This document shows positions 28,883-39,139 of a stretch of 48,255 nucleotides of DNA, in pieces. Both the position numbers and the translations under genes were made by a program. Source of the DNA: a bacterium (GTDB lineage Bacteria; Tectomicrobia; Entotheonellia; J063; CAVPRW01); the NCBI GenBank assembly GCA_046727435.1, contig JBKPCR010000213.1, positions 1 through 48,255 on the forward strand, in the 5' to 3' direction. Numbering within the stretch: position 1 is the stretch's first letter; every line of letters begins with the position of its first letter. Under the pieces are notes generated by a model. It saw nothing but the letters and a program-made list of their open reading frames with translations, had not been told where the DNA came from and made no database searches.

Positions 28883-30127
28883 CTATCTGCCCGCCACCTC
28901 TTCCGGAGGTTTGACCTGGCGGAACATCCACCATAGCGTCAGGTCATAGGCGATCTTGACGGTGCCGCCCACGAGGAATCGCGCGCCGGGTCCGATCGCC
29001 GTCCACAACGCTGTCCCCACCGACGGGCCGGCGGCGAGCCCGGCGCTCCGGGTCACGGTCGCGGCGCTCGCCATGGCGGTTTGTTCTGCGGGTGCGACGA
29101 CCGCCATCGTGTAGGACTGGCTGGTTGGTGCGTCCATCTGCACGAAGAAGGCCCGCAGCAACCAGAGGGCGATGGCCATCCAGGCGTCGGGCACGAACGG
29201 CACAGCGATCAGAAACAGGCTCGACGGGATGTGGGTGAAGACGATCGTGTTCAACAGCCCTATACGCCGGGCGAGACGGGCTGCGACCCACAGTGAGATC
29301 GCTGTTAAGGCATTCGACGCGAAGAACAGGGCCCCCAGGGAGCCGGGCTGAAGTCCAAAGCGCGTGAAAAACCAATAGGACGCCAGGCTCTGCACGATGA
29401 GCCCCGTGCCGAAGCTGTCGACCGTGAAGAGCCCCGCCAGGGTGAAGATGCGGCCCCGGGATGGCAGCGTGAACGGGTTCGTCCACCGCACCTCGCCGCT
29501 GGAGACTTCGACCCGGCGGGAGAGCCGGCTGTAAAAGAGTGCAGTGAGCACAGCCAGGACGGTATAGGCGACAAATACGGGGCGGAAGGAGGCGAGCGCT
29601 CCGAGTCCGAGCGCGCGCTGCAGCAGGGTCGGCATGCCAGAGGCGAGCGCTCCGAGGGAACCCGCGATGGTACCGGCGATGCTGCTCAGGGCGAAGAGAT
29701 CTGTGCGCCGTTGCGGTGTCACAGAGACGGCCAGGACGGCCTGTTCGAGCGGACCTGTGCCGCCTCCCCCGACGAACCCGCTGAGATTCCCCACGAAGGC
29801 GGCGATGAGCAGGACGGGGAAGCGCTCGCTTACCACGAGCAGAATCCCGGCGAGCGCCATGAGGCCGCTCAGGGTCACGAGGGTTCGGCGTCGCCCAACG
29901 GCATCGCCCAGCACCCCCGCCACGACGGCGGCGAGCGCCGCCCCCACGGCGCCGACGGTTAAGAAGGCGCCCACCTGCACCAGCGCGAAGCCGTGCAGGC
30001 CGAGATAGATCGCGATGAGGACCGCGACCGCACTCTGGGCAAAGCTGCGCGTGGCCCGGGCCGCCATCGCCATCCTGGCGTCCCACTCGACCCAGCTCAG
30101 ACGGCCGGCTTCAGTCCCCATCGTCAA
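28883..30127 (-). CDS. MFS transporter (paralog 2)
   Basis: GDAVGRRR. VFTHIPSS...QMDAPTSQSYTMAVV. Confidence 0.9.
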   Translation of the reverse strand: MTMGTEAGRLSWVEWDARMAMAARATRSFAQSAVAVLIAIYLGLHGFALVQVGAFLTVGAVGAALAAVVAGVLGDAVGRRRTLVTLSGLMALAGILLVVSERFPVLLIAAFVGNLSGFVGGGGTGPLEQAVLAVSVTPQRRTDLFALSSIAGTIAGSLGALASGMPTLLQRALGLGALASFRPVFVAYTVLAVLTALFYSRLSRRVEVSSGEVRWTNPFTLPSRGRIFTLAGLFTVDSFGTGLIVQSLASYWFFTRFGLQPGSLGALFFASNALTAISLWVAARLARRIGLLNTIVFTHIPSSLFLIAVPFVPDAWMAIALWLLRAFFVQMDAPTSQSYTMAVVAPAEQTAMASAATVTRSAGLAAGPSVGTALWTAIGPGARFLVGGTVKIAYDLTLWWMFRQVKPPEEVAGR

Positions 30128-30243
30128 TCTCCGCTATCTCGTGCTGTCCGCCCAAGCGCGCGTTCAGCCAGTGAAGGGTCCAGTGAGTAGCCATACCTAC
30201 GCACTCTATGGGCAGGGCACAGGCCTGCAATGCCGCTGCGTCT

Positions 30244-30655
30244 TCAGTTCAAGGTCTCTCCGCTCCTCACCGCTCCAAGCGGGAGGGCCGGCGCGGTGGC
30301 GAAGTGTGCCGAGAGTGGCCCGGTCAGACTGCGCAGAAACGCCACGATCTCACAAGTCTCCTCGTCCGTGAGCGGACTGCCCAACTGCACGCGGGCCATC
30401 ACCTGCACGGCCTCCGTCAATGTCGCCACCGATCCATCGTGGAAATACGGCGGCGTCATCGCCACGTTGCGGAGGCTGGGGGCCTTGAAGACATAAAGAT
30501 CGGCGGGGTCTTTGGTCAGCCCGAAACGTCCCTGGTCAATCTCCTGGCTCCCGGTCGCCTTCCAGTATGCTTCCACGACCCCGAACTTCTGGAACAGCTG
30601 GCCGCCGATCCCGACCCCATTGTGGCAGGCAACGCAACCTCGGCTCATGAAGGAA
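30244..30655 (-). pseudogene. C-terminal half of a di-heme cytochrome c peroxidase (CcP/MauG family)
   Basis: GCVACHNG, FKAPSLRNVAMTPPYFHDGSV and IVAFLRSLTG. The N-terminal heme domain is absent. Confidence 0.85.
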
Positions 30656-30698
30656 ATCTGTGGGGGGCTTCCCCCAACATCTCCATGCTCTCTGCTCA

Positions 30699-31628
30699 TC
30701 ACACACCCGTATCGACATAGACCGCTGCCCGATGGGTCTGCGGCATGAAGGCGTAGACCTTGTCCCTGTCAGCGTCGAGCGCGATCGTATGCGCGCCCCG
30801 CTCTGTCGCCACCGTCTCGATGCGTGCGAGCGTAGTAGTCTCAAAGACGTCGATGAGCCCGGGCTCACCGATGGCGACGCACAGGTGCCCGAGGCGTGCG
30901 TGGAGGAAGATGACGTCGGGCACGCCGCTCAACTCGTGCTCATCCAGCACCCGACCCGAACGCGCCTCCAGACACACGAGCTTCCCGGCGTCGCAGGCGC
31001 AGAACAGCCGTCCCTGGGCGCCGTCGAGATCGAGCCCATGCGGCCCGGCCGCCGGCACATCATAGACGCGGGCGATCTGCGTGGGGTACCGGGCCTCGAT
31101 GACGACGATCTGCGGGGGGTCGGCGATGTTCACAAAGAACACCTCCTGGTGCGGGTCGAACACGGTCCAGCGCGTGCGCCCAGGCACGGCCACGCTGGCC
31201 ACGAGGGCTCGCTTGTCCACGTCCACCAGCGACACCGTGTGAGAGCCTGGTTGCTGCGGATCGCCCACGTTGGCGGCCAACAGCAGGTTCCGCCCCGGAT
31301 CATAGGCTAGGCCGTTGGGGCCGATGCCGACCGGGACCTTCACCAGGGCCTCCTCGGCGTCAGGGGCAAAGATGCCCACTGTGTGTTCGCCGCGATTGGA
31401 GGTGAACACCAGCTGCCGTGCGTCGGACACCAGGGCCCCGGCCACGCCGGTTAGGCCGGCGATGGAGTGCAGATAGCGGTCCCTTTCACAGTCGATGACG
31501 TCGACGGCGTCATTGGCCGTGTGGGCCACGTATAGGCGCGTGCTGGCGCGGTGGACCGCCGCATGGTCAAAGCCTCCCGGCTGGCGGTGGGCCGGCAACG
31601 CAATATCGGTACGATGTTCGAGAGCCAT
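30699..31628 (-). CDS. YncE-like beta-propeller protein
   Basis: GGFDHAAV...RLYVAHT, VGIGPNGLAYDP, GPHGLDLD and GAHTIALD repeats. AAGGAG RBS before ATG 31628. Confidence 0.85.
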   Translation of the reverse strand: MALEHRTDIALPAHRQPGGFDHAAVHRASTRLYVAHTANDAVDVIDCERDRYLHSIAGLTGVAGALVSDARQLVFTSNRGEHTVGIFAPDAEEALVKVPVGIGPNGLAYDPGRNLLLAANVGDPQQPGSHTVSLVDVDKRALVASVAVPGRTRWTVFDPHQEVFFVNIADPPQIVVIEARYPTQIARVYDVPAAGPHGLDLDGAQGRLFCACDAGKLVCLEARSGRVLDEHELSGVPDVIFLHARLGHLCVAIGEPGLIDVFETTTLARIETVATERGAHTIALDADRDKVYAFMPQTHRAAVYVDTGV

Positions 31629-31876
31629 CGTGCGCTCCTTCGCATAAAGCCGCTCGTGAGGCCGTGCGCTGCGCCGGGGTTCAGCCCCCAAACAGGAGCC
31701 ATCCTCGTGCGGTCGACCCCAAGACGGCAAAGACCACCATGACATTCGAGTGCCAGAGGCATCATACCAGCGATGCCACCCCGAAGATGACAAGCCTTCG
31801 CACCCCAGTGACGGCGTGTCCCCGTGGGGGGGCAGGCCATGGCCGCTCAAGCGCGTTCTCATCAGGGCTGTCAAGA

Positions 31877-33073
31877 TCATCGGGCGCGTAGGATCAACCC
31901 TATGGCGGCACCTCCGGTCATGAGCGGCAAGGGGCTGAGGTGCCACAGCCCCATCGCCACCACGGTGCCCGCGGCCAGCGCCCCGGTGAGAGGGTCCGGG
32001 ATTGCAGAGGGCAGCATCCGCAGCACCGCCACGGCGGTCATGCCGATCACCGCCGGGCTGATGCCCTGCAGCGCCGCGTTCATCCAGGCCAGGCGTTTGA
32101 GGCGTCCCATCGCGGGCAACACCGCAAGCATCAGGATAAAGGACGGCAGGTAGACGGCTGCCGCCGCGACCATGGCACCCCCGATGGCGCCGACCTCATA
32201 GCCCACGAAGGCGGCCAGCATCACGATAGGCCCTGGGGTGAGTTGGCCGAGGGCGAGACCGTCCAGGAATTGCTGCGGCGTCAGCCAGTGCAAGTGGTTG
32301 ACGACTTGATCCTGTATAAACGCCAGGATGGTCAATCCGCCCCCAAAGGTCAAGGCCCCGACCTTGAGAAAGAAGAGCCCGATCTCCCAGAGGCCAGGGC
32401 TGAGGGACGTCACGGCGCGGTCGAGATCGGTGCCAGTGGCGGCAGGCATCGTCAACCACGCGCTCCCCCAATGGTGGGCACCATACAAGACCAGGATCAC
32501 CAGCGCTGAAACGATGCCCCAGGTGCGCGCGCCGTACAGCGCGACGCCCGCGGCACCGGCGAGGAGCAAGGTGGGGCCAATGCCCAAGGGCGTCAGGCCC
32601 ATAGCGAGAGCGGCGGCGACCGCGAGCAGGGCTTGCGTCCCATCGCGAACCGCCGCCCGGCCCAGCCGGTACACTGACATGGCGAACACCCCCACCACTA
32701 CGGGGCTCAGCCCATAGAACAGATGGCGGATGCGCGGCAGCGCGCCATAGTGCTCGTAGATCAAGGTCAAGGAGAGCAAGATACAAAACGCGGGCAGGAT
32801 GAAACCGAGGCCGGCGAGTACACCGCCCCACCACCCGGCACGGGTGTGGCCTAAGAAGATCCCGAGCTGGACCCCGCCAGGACCTGGCAAGGTGTTCACG
32901 AGCGCCATCCCCTCGAGAAACTGTTCCTTTGGTAACCAGGCCCGCTTTTCCTGGACCTCCGTCTGCATGATACCCACGGAGGCCGCCCCGCCGTAACTCA
33001 GAGCGCCGATCTTCAGGAAGGTCCCGATCACCTCCCGCCAGTGCTGTCGAAATCGTCCCGGCGTGGTCCTCAC
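31877..33073 (-). CDS. chrA: Long-chain chromate efflux transporter
   Basis: FLKIGALSYGG..TLPGP and FLKVGALTFGGG..QLTPGP (two CHR domains). Confidence 0.92.
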   Translation of the reverse strand: MRTTPGRFRQHWREVIGTFLKIGALSYGGAASVGIMQTEVQEKRAWLPKEQFLEGMALVNTLPGPGGVQLGIFLGHTRAGWWGGVLAGLGFILPAFCILLSLTLIYEHYGALPRIRHLFYGLSPVVVGVFAMSVYRLGRAAVRDGTQALLAVAAALAMGLTPLGIGPTLLLAGAAGVALYGARTWGIVSALVILVLYGAHHWGSAWLTMPAATGTDLDRAVTSLSPGLWEIGLFFLKVGALTFGGGLTILAFIQDQVVNHLHWLTPQQFLDGLALGQLTPGPIVMLAAFVGYEVGAIGGAMVAAAAVYLPSFILMLAVLPAMGRLKRLAWMNAALQGISPAVIGMTAVAVLRMLPSAIPDPLTGALAAGTVVAMGLWHLSPLPLMTGGAAIGLILRAR

Positions 33074-33280
33074 AAGTATTCCCTCCTGCTCCCGTATGAC
33101 TTAGGATCGTGCCTGGTCCCCGTGGAGCTGCAACATACATGGGCGACTGCGATGTTGCGCGGTGCGATGAATAGCGCCTTCCAGCTTCCGTCCGCCTGTG
33201 AGGTCTTATCGTATGCTTCCTCATGTCGGTCTTAGGCCGTTCCGCCGGGGGCTCGGGCTGCTGCTTCGACCAGGAGCAGC

Positions 33281-34549
33281 TCATGAGGCGATGGTCTCTT
33301 GCCGCTCCTCCGGCGGCTTGATGGCCCGGAAGCTGCCGTAAAGGGTCAGGTCGTACACGCTTTTGAGCAGGCCTGCGAGCACAAAAGGCGCCCCCCACAG
33401 CGACGCGTTGAAGAGCACGCCGGTGAGCAGCGGCGCCCAAGCGCCGGCAATCGTGCGGGCGACACTGGTGAGGCCGGCTGCCGCCGAGCGCTCGTCGGGG
33501 TCGACGACGGCCATGGTGTAGGACTGGCGCGTCGGCACGTCCATCTGGGACAGGCTGAAACGCAACAAGAGCATGGCGATGACCAGTGGCAAGGTGGGCA
33601 TGAACGGCACCAGCATCAGGAAGATGTTCGACGGCAGGTGCGTCACCACCATGGTGTTGATGAGCCCGATGCGGGCCGCGATGCGCGCCGCCGCCAGTGC
33701 CGAGCATCCGGCAAAGAGATTCGCACCGAAGAAAATGCCCCCCAGAAGCGCCGGCTCGACGCCGAAGCGGGCGTGGAACCAATAAGCCATAAGGCTCTGG
33801 ACGACCAACCCGCCGCCGAAGGAATCGAGCATGAACAGCACCCCCAGCTTGAAGACGACCCCGCGCGAGCGGTGCAGCCCCAGGCGGCGCTTGGCGGGCG
33901 CGTTGACGACCGGAGCGACTTCCACCGCCGGCGACAGGCGCGTAAAGAACCAGCCCAGCAGCACCCCCAGGCCGGCGTAGCCGAGGAGGATCACCCGATA
34001 GCTGGCGAGGGGGGTGCTCCCCAGACCTTGCATCGCCTGGGCCAGCGCCCCGCCCCCCAGGGCCCCCAGCGCCGTGGCGAACGAGCCGACCAGGTTATAC
34101 CAGGCGAACACCGGCGTGCGGTGCTCATCGGTGGTGGTCTGTGGCAGGGCGGCCTGCTCAATGGACAAAAAAGGGCCCACCTCGCCGCCGCTCGGGCTCA
34201 TCGTCCCGATGAAGGCCGCCAGCACGAGCAGGGGCACAGCGCTGGAGACCCCGAAGACGACGCCCCCGAACACCATCAACCCGACGCCGAGGAGGAGCAT
34301 GTGCCGCCGTCCGAAGCGGTCGGCTACCGTCGCGATCCACAGGGAGAGTGTGGCATCCCCGACGAGGGTCAGCGTGAGCACGAGGCCAATCTGCCCGTCG
34401 GTCAGGCCGAGCGCCGCCAGGTAGAGGGCAAACATCACGGAGAGGAAGCCAAAGGCGAAGAGCCGCACCACGCGTGCGAGGATGAGCAGGTGCCCGTCGC
34501 GGGTGAGAGTGCGCAAGGCCTGAATTTCGAGCAGGCTCAAGAGCCGCAT
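33281..34549 (-). CDS. MFS transporter (paralog 3)
   Basis: ADRFGRR, SPSGGEVGPF and THLPSN...QMDVPTRQSYTMAVV. Confidence 0.9.
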   Translation of the reverse strand: MRLLSLLEIQALRTLTRDGHLLILARVVRLFAFGFLSVMFALYLAALGLTDGQIGLVLTLTLVGDATLSLWIATVADRFGRRHMLLLGVGLMVFGGVVFGVSSAVPLLVLAAFIGTMSPSGGEVGPFLSIEQAALPQTTTDEHRTPVFAWYNLVGSFATALGALGGGALAQAMQGLGSTPLASYRVILLGYAGLGVLLGWFFTRLSPAVEVAPVVNAPAKRRLGLHRSRGVVFKLGVLFMLDSFGGGLVVQSLMAYWFHARFGVEPALLGGIFFGANLFAGCSALAAARIAARIGLINTMVVTHLPSNIFLMLVPFMPTLPLVIAMLLLRFSLSQMDVPTRQSYTMAVVDPDERSAAAGLTSVARTIAGAWAPLLTGVLFNASLWGAPFVLAGLLKSVYDLTLYGSFRAIKPPEERQETIAS

Positions 34550-34785
34550 GACGCTGCACTCCACGATCGATGGTCCCAAGGGCGCCGGGGGTGCCTCACC
34601 GCAGTACACCCCTCGGCGCGCAGCCATTCCACCACGGCGGCGGATATAGCTGCATCAGGCTTCACCCCGGCGAAGGTGATGTGTAAGTCGAGGCCGTGTG
34701 GCGTCGCGAAGCGTTGACACGAGGCAGCCGCGATGGCGCGTTTCGCCGCATGGTGTGGACATCGGAAGAGCACAGTCTGAGGCAT
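34537..34785 (-). pseudogene. Degenerate N-terminal part of an ArsC/LMW-PTP family protein
   Basis: TVLFRCPHHAAKRAIAAA...FAGVKPD resembles the P-loop region VLFxCxHNxxRS. Truncated. Confidence 0.6.
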
Positions 34786-34873
34786 AGACGCTTCCCCCTC
34801 TCGCTGCAAACACCCGCTCCTTCTCCTCACACGGCGGCTCCGACGCGGCTCGCTGGCCGGCCATGACCTTCTT

Positions 34874-35383
34874 CTAGCGCGGGAGGACGAGAATATTCGC
34901 GGTCATTGTCGGTGCATGCGTCTCGCAGCTGAGCTTGTAGGTCCCCACCTTCTCGGCCACAAAGGACACGCGGTACTCCGTGCCGCGATTCCATGTGGCC
35001 TTGGGCACGACGACCTGCCCATCAGGCCCGAGGACTCCAACCTCATGCTTGTCCCCGTTTACGACGAGCACCTGCAGCGTCACCGTGTCTCCCTGTTGCA
35101 CCGTCACAAACCCTGGGGTCAACGCGTAGCTGTCGATTTCCCACACTTGTGGGGCGGTTTTGTCGGCCTCACCAGGAGGTTTGAGGACGTAGCCTTTCGA
35201 CAAGGTTGCGGGGTTGACTGCCGGAGGCGCGAGCTTTTCCGTGCTCGTCGATCCTTTATACTCAACCGCATTCATGAAGATGGTGTGCTTGGCCTGTTGC
35301 CCATGAACGGCTTGGGCCAGCAGTACCAGAGACAGGGTCAGGACTCCATACGCTGATGCTCTCCAGATTGGCTGTGGTCTCAT
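34874..35383 (-). CDS. Secreted cupredoxin-domain protein
   Basis: Signal peptide. PGFVTVQQGDTV, DKH and GTYKLSCETHAPTM give a type-1 Cu ligand set (H...C-x2-H-x3-M). Confidence 0.8.
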   Translation of the reverse strand: MRPQPIWRASAYGVLTLSLVLLAQAVHGQQAKHTIFMNAVEYKGSTSTEKLAPPAVNPATLSKGYVLKPPGEADKTAPQVWEIDSYALTPGFVTVQQGDTVTLQVLVVNGDKHEVGVLGPDGQVVVPKATWNRGTEYRVSFVAEKVGTYKLSCETHAPTMTANILVLPR

Positions 35384-35692
35384 GTTATGCCCTCCCACGC
35401 ATTGCATTCTCATGGCACATCATCCTTCCCAACCAACTCAGACTGGCCGCCCTGCGGCGTGTTATGCAAGGTCATGAGGGAACCGCAAGCGGTACAGATC
35501 GTTCTCGATAGCGAGATCCTCCTCAACGCGTAATGATCCTCTGACTGCGAGCCATCGGCGTGCATCAGATCGGTTTCATAACAGTATGACGCCGAGAGGC
35601 TCTTCGCTGGCACGCTCACGATCCAGATGACACGCTGTTTCCCGACCCATGTCGCGGACATGGGACCGTTGCAAGATGGTCAGGTCTCAACC

Positions 35693-36514
35693 TCAGCGCC
35701 ATGCTGTTCCCCGCGCTGAGGGCAGCGAGAAGCCCACGGTCACGCCGCCCGTGAATTGCCAATCCGGAGCGCCGCGGCTGATGCCGCGCCGCACGCCTGC
35801 ATCCAGAGAGACATATGCGGCCGCGGCCTGCCAGATGATGCCGAGCAGCGCAGAGTTGTTCGGGAGCGCCCCCCTGGTACTCTCCCCAGCCACCTCGCCC
35901 ACGAGCCTGAAGCGCGGATGCACGGGGAGTTCCCCGATCACCCCCCAGATGCCGAACGGCTGGGCACCTGTTCTCTCGATCCCCCCACCGCCGTTCACAT
36001 GGAGGGTGAACGGTGCCACCCGCCCGCTGACGATGCCGATGGCTTCGATGCCCACGCGTCGCTCGCCTGGCCGCGTCGACGGCAGCAACGGGCCCGCCTC
36101 CACCGCCACACTGAGGCCTTCTTGCTCCTGGAGCACGCCCTCCTTGAGGACCACCTTCACGAACAGCCCAGGATCGACGAGGTGCAGCTCCCCGGCATGG
36201 TCCCGCGCGACCGCAAATTCCCCGACGACCTCGAGATCCCTCCACAGACCATAATTGAGAACCAGGCTCGGCAGCATGGAGGTCTGCTGGCCCTGAGCTT
36301 GCTCGAGGGTGAAGTACCCGAGCTCGATCTCTGCCTCTTGCGGATCGGCCACCGCGGCATCGGTCGAGACGAACGGCCTGTAGGCCCAACCGTTCACCGC
36401 GCCGACGAGGCAGCCAAGCGCTCCCAACCAGCAGGCGAGGGCCGTCTGCCACGCGCGCAAGCGCTGCCACGCACGCCTCAGGTCGTGCACCGACGCTCTC
36501 CCCGGCGCAGGCAT
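35693..36514 (-). CDS. Outer-membrane beta-barrel-like protein
   Basis: Signal ending AYRPFVSTDA. Amphipathic strands ending PDWQFTGGVTVGF. Confidence 0.65.
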   Translation of the reverse strand: MPAPGRASVHDLRRAWQRLRAWQTALACWLGALGCLVGAVNGWAYRPFVSTDAAVADPQEAEIELGYFTLEQAQGQQTSMLPSLVLNYGLWRDLEVVGEFAVARDHAGELHLVDPGLFVKVVLKEGVLQEQEGLSVAVEAGPLLPSTRPGERRVGIEAIGIVSGRVAPFTLHVNGGGGIERTGAQPFGIWGVIGELPVHPRFRLVGEVAGESTRGALPNNSALLGIIWQAAAAYVSLDAGVRRGISRGAPDWQFTGGVTVGFSLPSARGTAWR

Positions 36515-37536
36515 CGCGGCGGCCTGCGCACCGTCAGCGTGACCCGCTGCCCGGCCGGGATGTCGGCCGACGATCGCACTTTCAGGAACCGGCTGCCCAG
36601 ATCGATGTAAAGGAGCCCCCCGCCGGGATAGACCGTGCGCGCGACGACGCCCACGAGCTCACCGGCCCCATCCGGCTCGACGTGGAGATCTTCGGCCCGG
36701 ACCACCACCTGCACGGCTTCCCCAATGTCCATGCTTGACGCCTCGCAGCGGATCACCCCGCACGCGGTCTGCACCCGGCCATCGGCCACCACGATCCCGT
36801 CGAGGACATTGGTTACCCCGATGAAGCGCTGCACGAAGGCGGTGGCCGGGCGGTGGTAGATGGCCTCAGGCGTGCCCACTTGTTCGACCTGGCCTTGGTT
36901 CATGACCACCATGTGGTCGGCCAGCGTGAAGGCCTCCTCATGGTCGTGGGTGACGTAGAGCAAGGACAAGGGCTCATCCTTGACCAGGCAGAGCAGTATT
37001 TCGATGAACTGCTCCCGGAGGGCCACGTCCAGGCTCGCCAGCGGCTCATCCATGAGGATGACCCCGGGCTGGGCGATCAGCGCCCGGGCCAGGGCCAGCA
37101 GTTGCTGCTGGCCTCCCGACAGTTGGGCGGGGTAGGCCGTGGCGACCGCGTGTAAGGAGGCCTTGGTGAGCATCGCCTGGATCCGCTCGGCCCGCTCGTC
37201 CGCCGGGCATCCGACCCCGCGCAGCACGAAATCGAGGGTCGTTCGCACCGTCATATGGGGCCAGAGGGCCAGATCCTGGAACACCATGCCGATCCGCCGC
37301 CGCTCGGGCGGGACCATGATCCGCCCATCCCGGCTCACCACCTGGTCTCCGAGGCGGATCACCCCGCGCTTCGGCGCCTCAAAGCCCGCGATCAGGCGCA
37401 GCAGCGTACTCTTGCCACAGCCCGAGGGCCCGAGGAGCACGGTGATCTGCCGCGGCTCGACGGTGAGGGAGACGTCTCGCAGGATCGGTGTGGCCCCGTA
37501 GGCGAAGCCGAGGTGTTGGACGTCAATGATCGCCAT
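36478..37536 (-). CDS. FbpC/PotA-type ABC ATPase
   Basis: [36 protein letters not shown] and a TOBE-type tail. Confidence 0.9.
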   Translation of the reverse strand: MAIIDVQHLGFAYGATPILRDVSLTVEPRQITVLLGPSGCGKSTLLRLIAGFEAPKRGVIRLGDQVVSRDGRIMVPPERRRIGMVFQDLALWPHMTVRTTLDFVLRGVGCPADERAERIQAMLTKASLHAVATAYPAQLSGGQQQLLALARALIAQPGVILMDEPLASLDVALREQFIEILLCLVKDEPLSLLYVTHDHEEAFTLADHMVVMNQGQVEQVGTPEAIYHRPATAFVQRFIGVTNVLDGIVVADGRVQTACGVIRCEASSMDIGEAVQVVVRAEDLHVEPDGAGELVGVVARTVYPGGGLLYIDLGSRFLKVRSSADIPAGQRVTLTVRRPPRCLRRGERRCTT

Positions 37537-39139
37537 GGAACGCTTCCCCAGATGCGCTCGCGACGAGCCAGCCGATCGCCGTCAGCGCCAGGAGGGTCAT
37601 CAGGATGAGCATCATGGCCAGCGCCGCCACCACGGACGCGGGGCTGTTGGCCATGAGAGTATAGATCCGGACCGGGAGCGTTTCCTGCCCGGGAGGATAG
37701 ATGGTCATGGTCGTGTCCAGGTCGCGCAGGCAGAAGATGAACGTGATCACCCAGGAGGCCATCAGCGAGTGTTTGAGCGTCGGGACGTGGATGCGGCGCA
37801 CTTCAGTGCCCCACCGCACCTGGGCCAGCCGGGCCGCTTCTTCATAGCTGGTGGGGACCTGGCGCAGGGCTATGCCCTGAGTGCGGGTGGCCAGTACGGC
37901 GTACCGAGCGATGTAACCCAGCACAATAATCAGGAGGCTGCCATAGACCCAGGCGGTGGTGGCCCGGTTCCAGAGCAAGATGAGCCCAACCCCCAGGACG
38001 GTCCCGGGCAAGGTCAGGAGGAGGATCAGCAGAGAGTCAAGCCCCTGGCGACGTCTCCTGCCGGAGCGCTCGATGAGGTAGGTGAGGAACAAGCCGAGGA
38101 TGGTGATCGCCGTCGCCCCCAGGGTGGCGGCGAGGAAGCTGTTAGCGATGCTGCGCCCTGACCCCGTCAGCGCTTCGACATAAGCGGAGGGAGCGCGGGA
38201 GGTGATGGCCAGGGCACCCAGCGGGAGGAAGACGGCCAGCCCCGCGAACGTGCACACGAGGAGGCCGATGGGGAGGCGGAGACGTCCCAAGGGGACGACC
38301 GCTTCCCGTCGGACCCGTCGCCCCACCACGGCGAAGAACCGGTCGCGCAGGGTATAGCGCTCGACCAGCAACAGAGCGGCGATCAAGACGAGGAGGGGTA
38401 TGGAGAAGAGCACCGCCATGCGGTAGTCGTAGAAGGCGGCGAACTGGGTGAAGACCTGGACCGTGAACACGTCGTACCGGAGGAACAACGGGACCCCCAG
38501 CTCGGTGATGCTCAGGATCACCGTGAAGAGGGCTCCCAGGAAGACCCCGGGTGCGACGAGCGGGAGGTCGATCTTCGCCAGCACCGCCGGCCAGGGAAAC
38601 AGCAGCCGCGCCGCCTCCTCGACGGAGCTGTCGATGGCCTTGACGAAGGCGTGGACCAGGACCATGGGCACCGGATAGTAACTCAAGCTCAGGACGAAGG
38701 CGCTGCCGGCGAGGCTGAAGAGGAAGGCGGAACCGGAGCCTCCGACCCCGGGGCCAAGGGTGGAGGCCAGGAGCCCCTGTTTCCCCAGCAGATAGAACCA
38801 GGCGAGGGCAAGGATATACGGGGGGAGGAAGAGGGGCACCATGAGGATGAGCCAGAGCGGCCCTTTCCAGGGGAGGTCGGTCTTGGCCAGGAGCCATCCC
38901 AAGGGCGTGCCCACGAGGGTGGTCCCCAGCCCCACGAGCATCCCAAGGAGGACGGTGTTGCCGAGGAGGTGCCACTGACGCCCGGTGAGGAGGAGCGCGC
39001 GAAGCTGCGAGAGCCCCGTGTCCGCAAGCGTGCTCACGACCAGCCAGGCCACCGGAGCCACGCCGATCACGAGGAACGCCAGCAGACTGACGGCCAGTGA
39101 GAGTTCCCGGGTGCGCGGGAGAGGACGTCTCCAAGTCAT
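37523..39139 (-). CDS. FbpB-type ABC permease (two TMD repeats)
   Basis: Two EAA motifs (SVEEAAR, SYEEAAR). About 540 aa. Confidence 0.9.
   Translation of the reverse strand: MTWRRPLPRTRELSLAVSLLAFLVIGVAPVAWLVVSTLADTGLSQLRALLLTGRQWHLLGNTVLLGMLVGLGTTLVGTPLGWLLAKTDLPWKGPLWLILMVPLFLPPYILALAWFYLLGKQGLLASTLGPGVGGSGSAFLFSLAGSAFVLSLSYYPVPMVLVHAFVKAIDSSVEEAARLLFPWPAVLAKIDLPLVAPGVFLGALFTVILSITELGVPLFLRYDVFTVQVFTQFAAFYDYRMAVLFSIPLLVLIAALLLVERYTLRDRFFAVVGRRVRREAVVPLGRLRLPIGLLVCTFAGLAVFLPLGALAITSRAPSAYVEALTGSGRSIANSFLAATLGATAITILGLFLTYLIERSGRRRRQGLDSLLILLLTLPGTVLGVGLILLWNRATTAWVYGSLLIIVLGYIARYAVLATRTQGIALRQVPTSYEEAARLAQVRWGTEVRRIHVPTLKHSLMASWVITFIFCLRDLDTTMTIYPPGQETLPVRIYTLMANSPASVVAALAMMLILMTLLALTAIGWLVASASGEAFHGDH

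Noticed and set aside
32196-33782. 528-aa ORF and other long overlapping or antisense ORFs (236-1420, 23893-25131, 33299-34717, 28944-30086)
   Set aside because: Arg/Pro/Gly-rich shadow frames of well-supported genes in high-GC DNA, with no motifs.
35410-35661. 83-aa ORF with CTAC between the barrel and cupredoxin genes
   Set aside because: No convincing RBS or family motif, so it cannot be supported as a gene.
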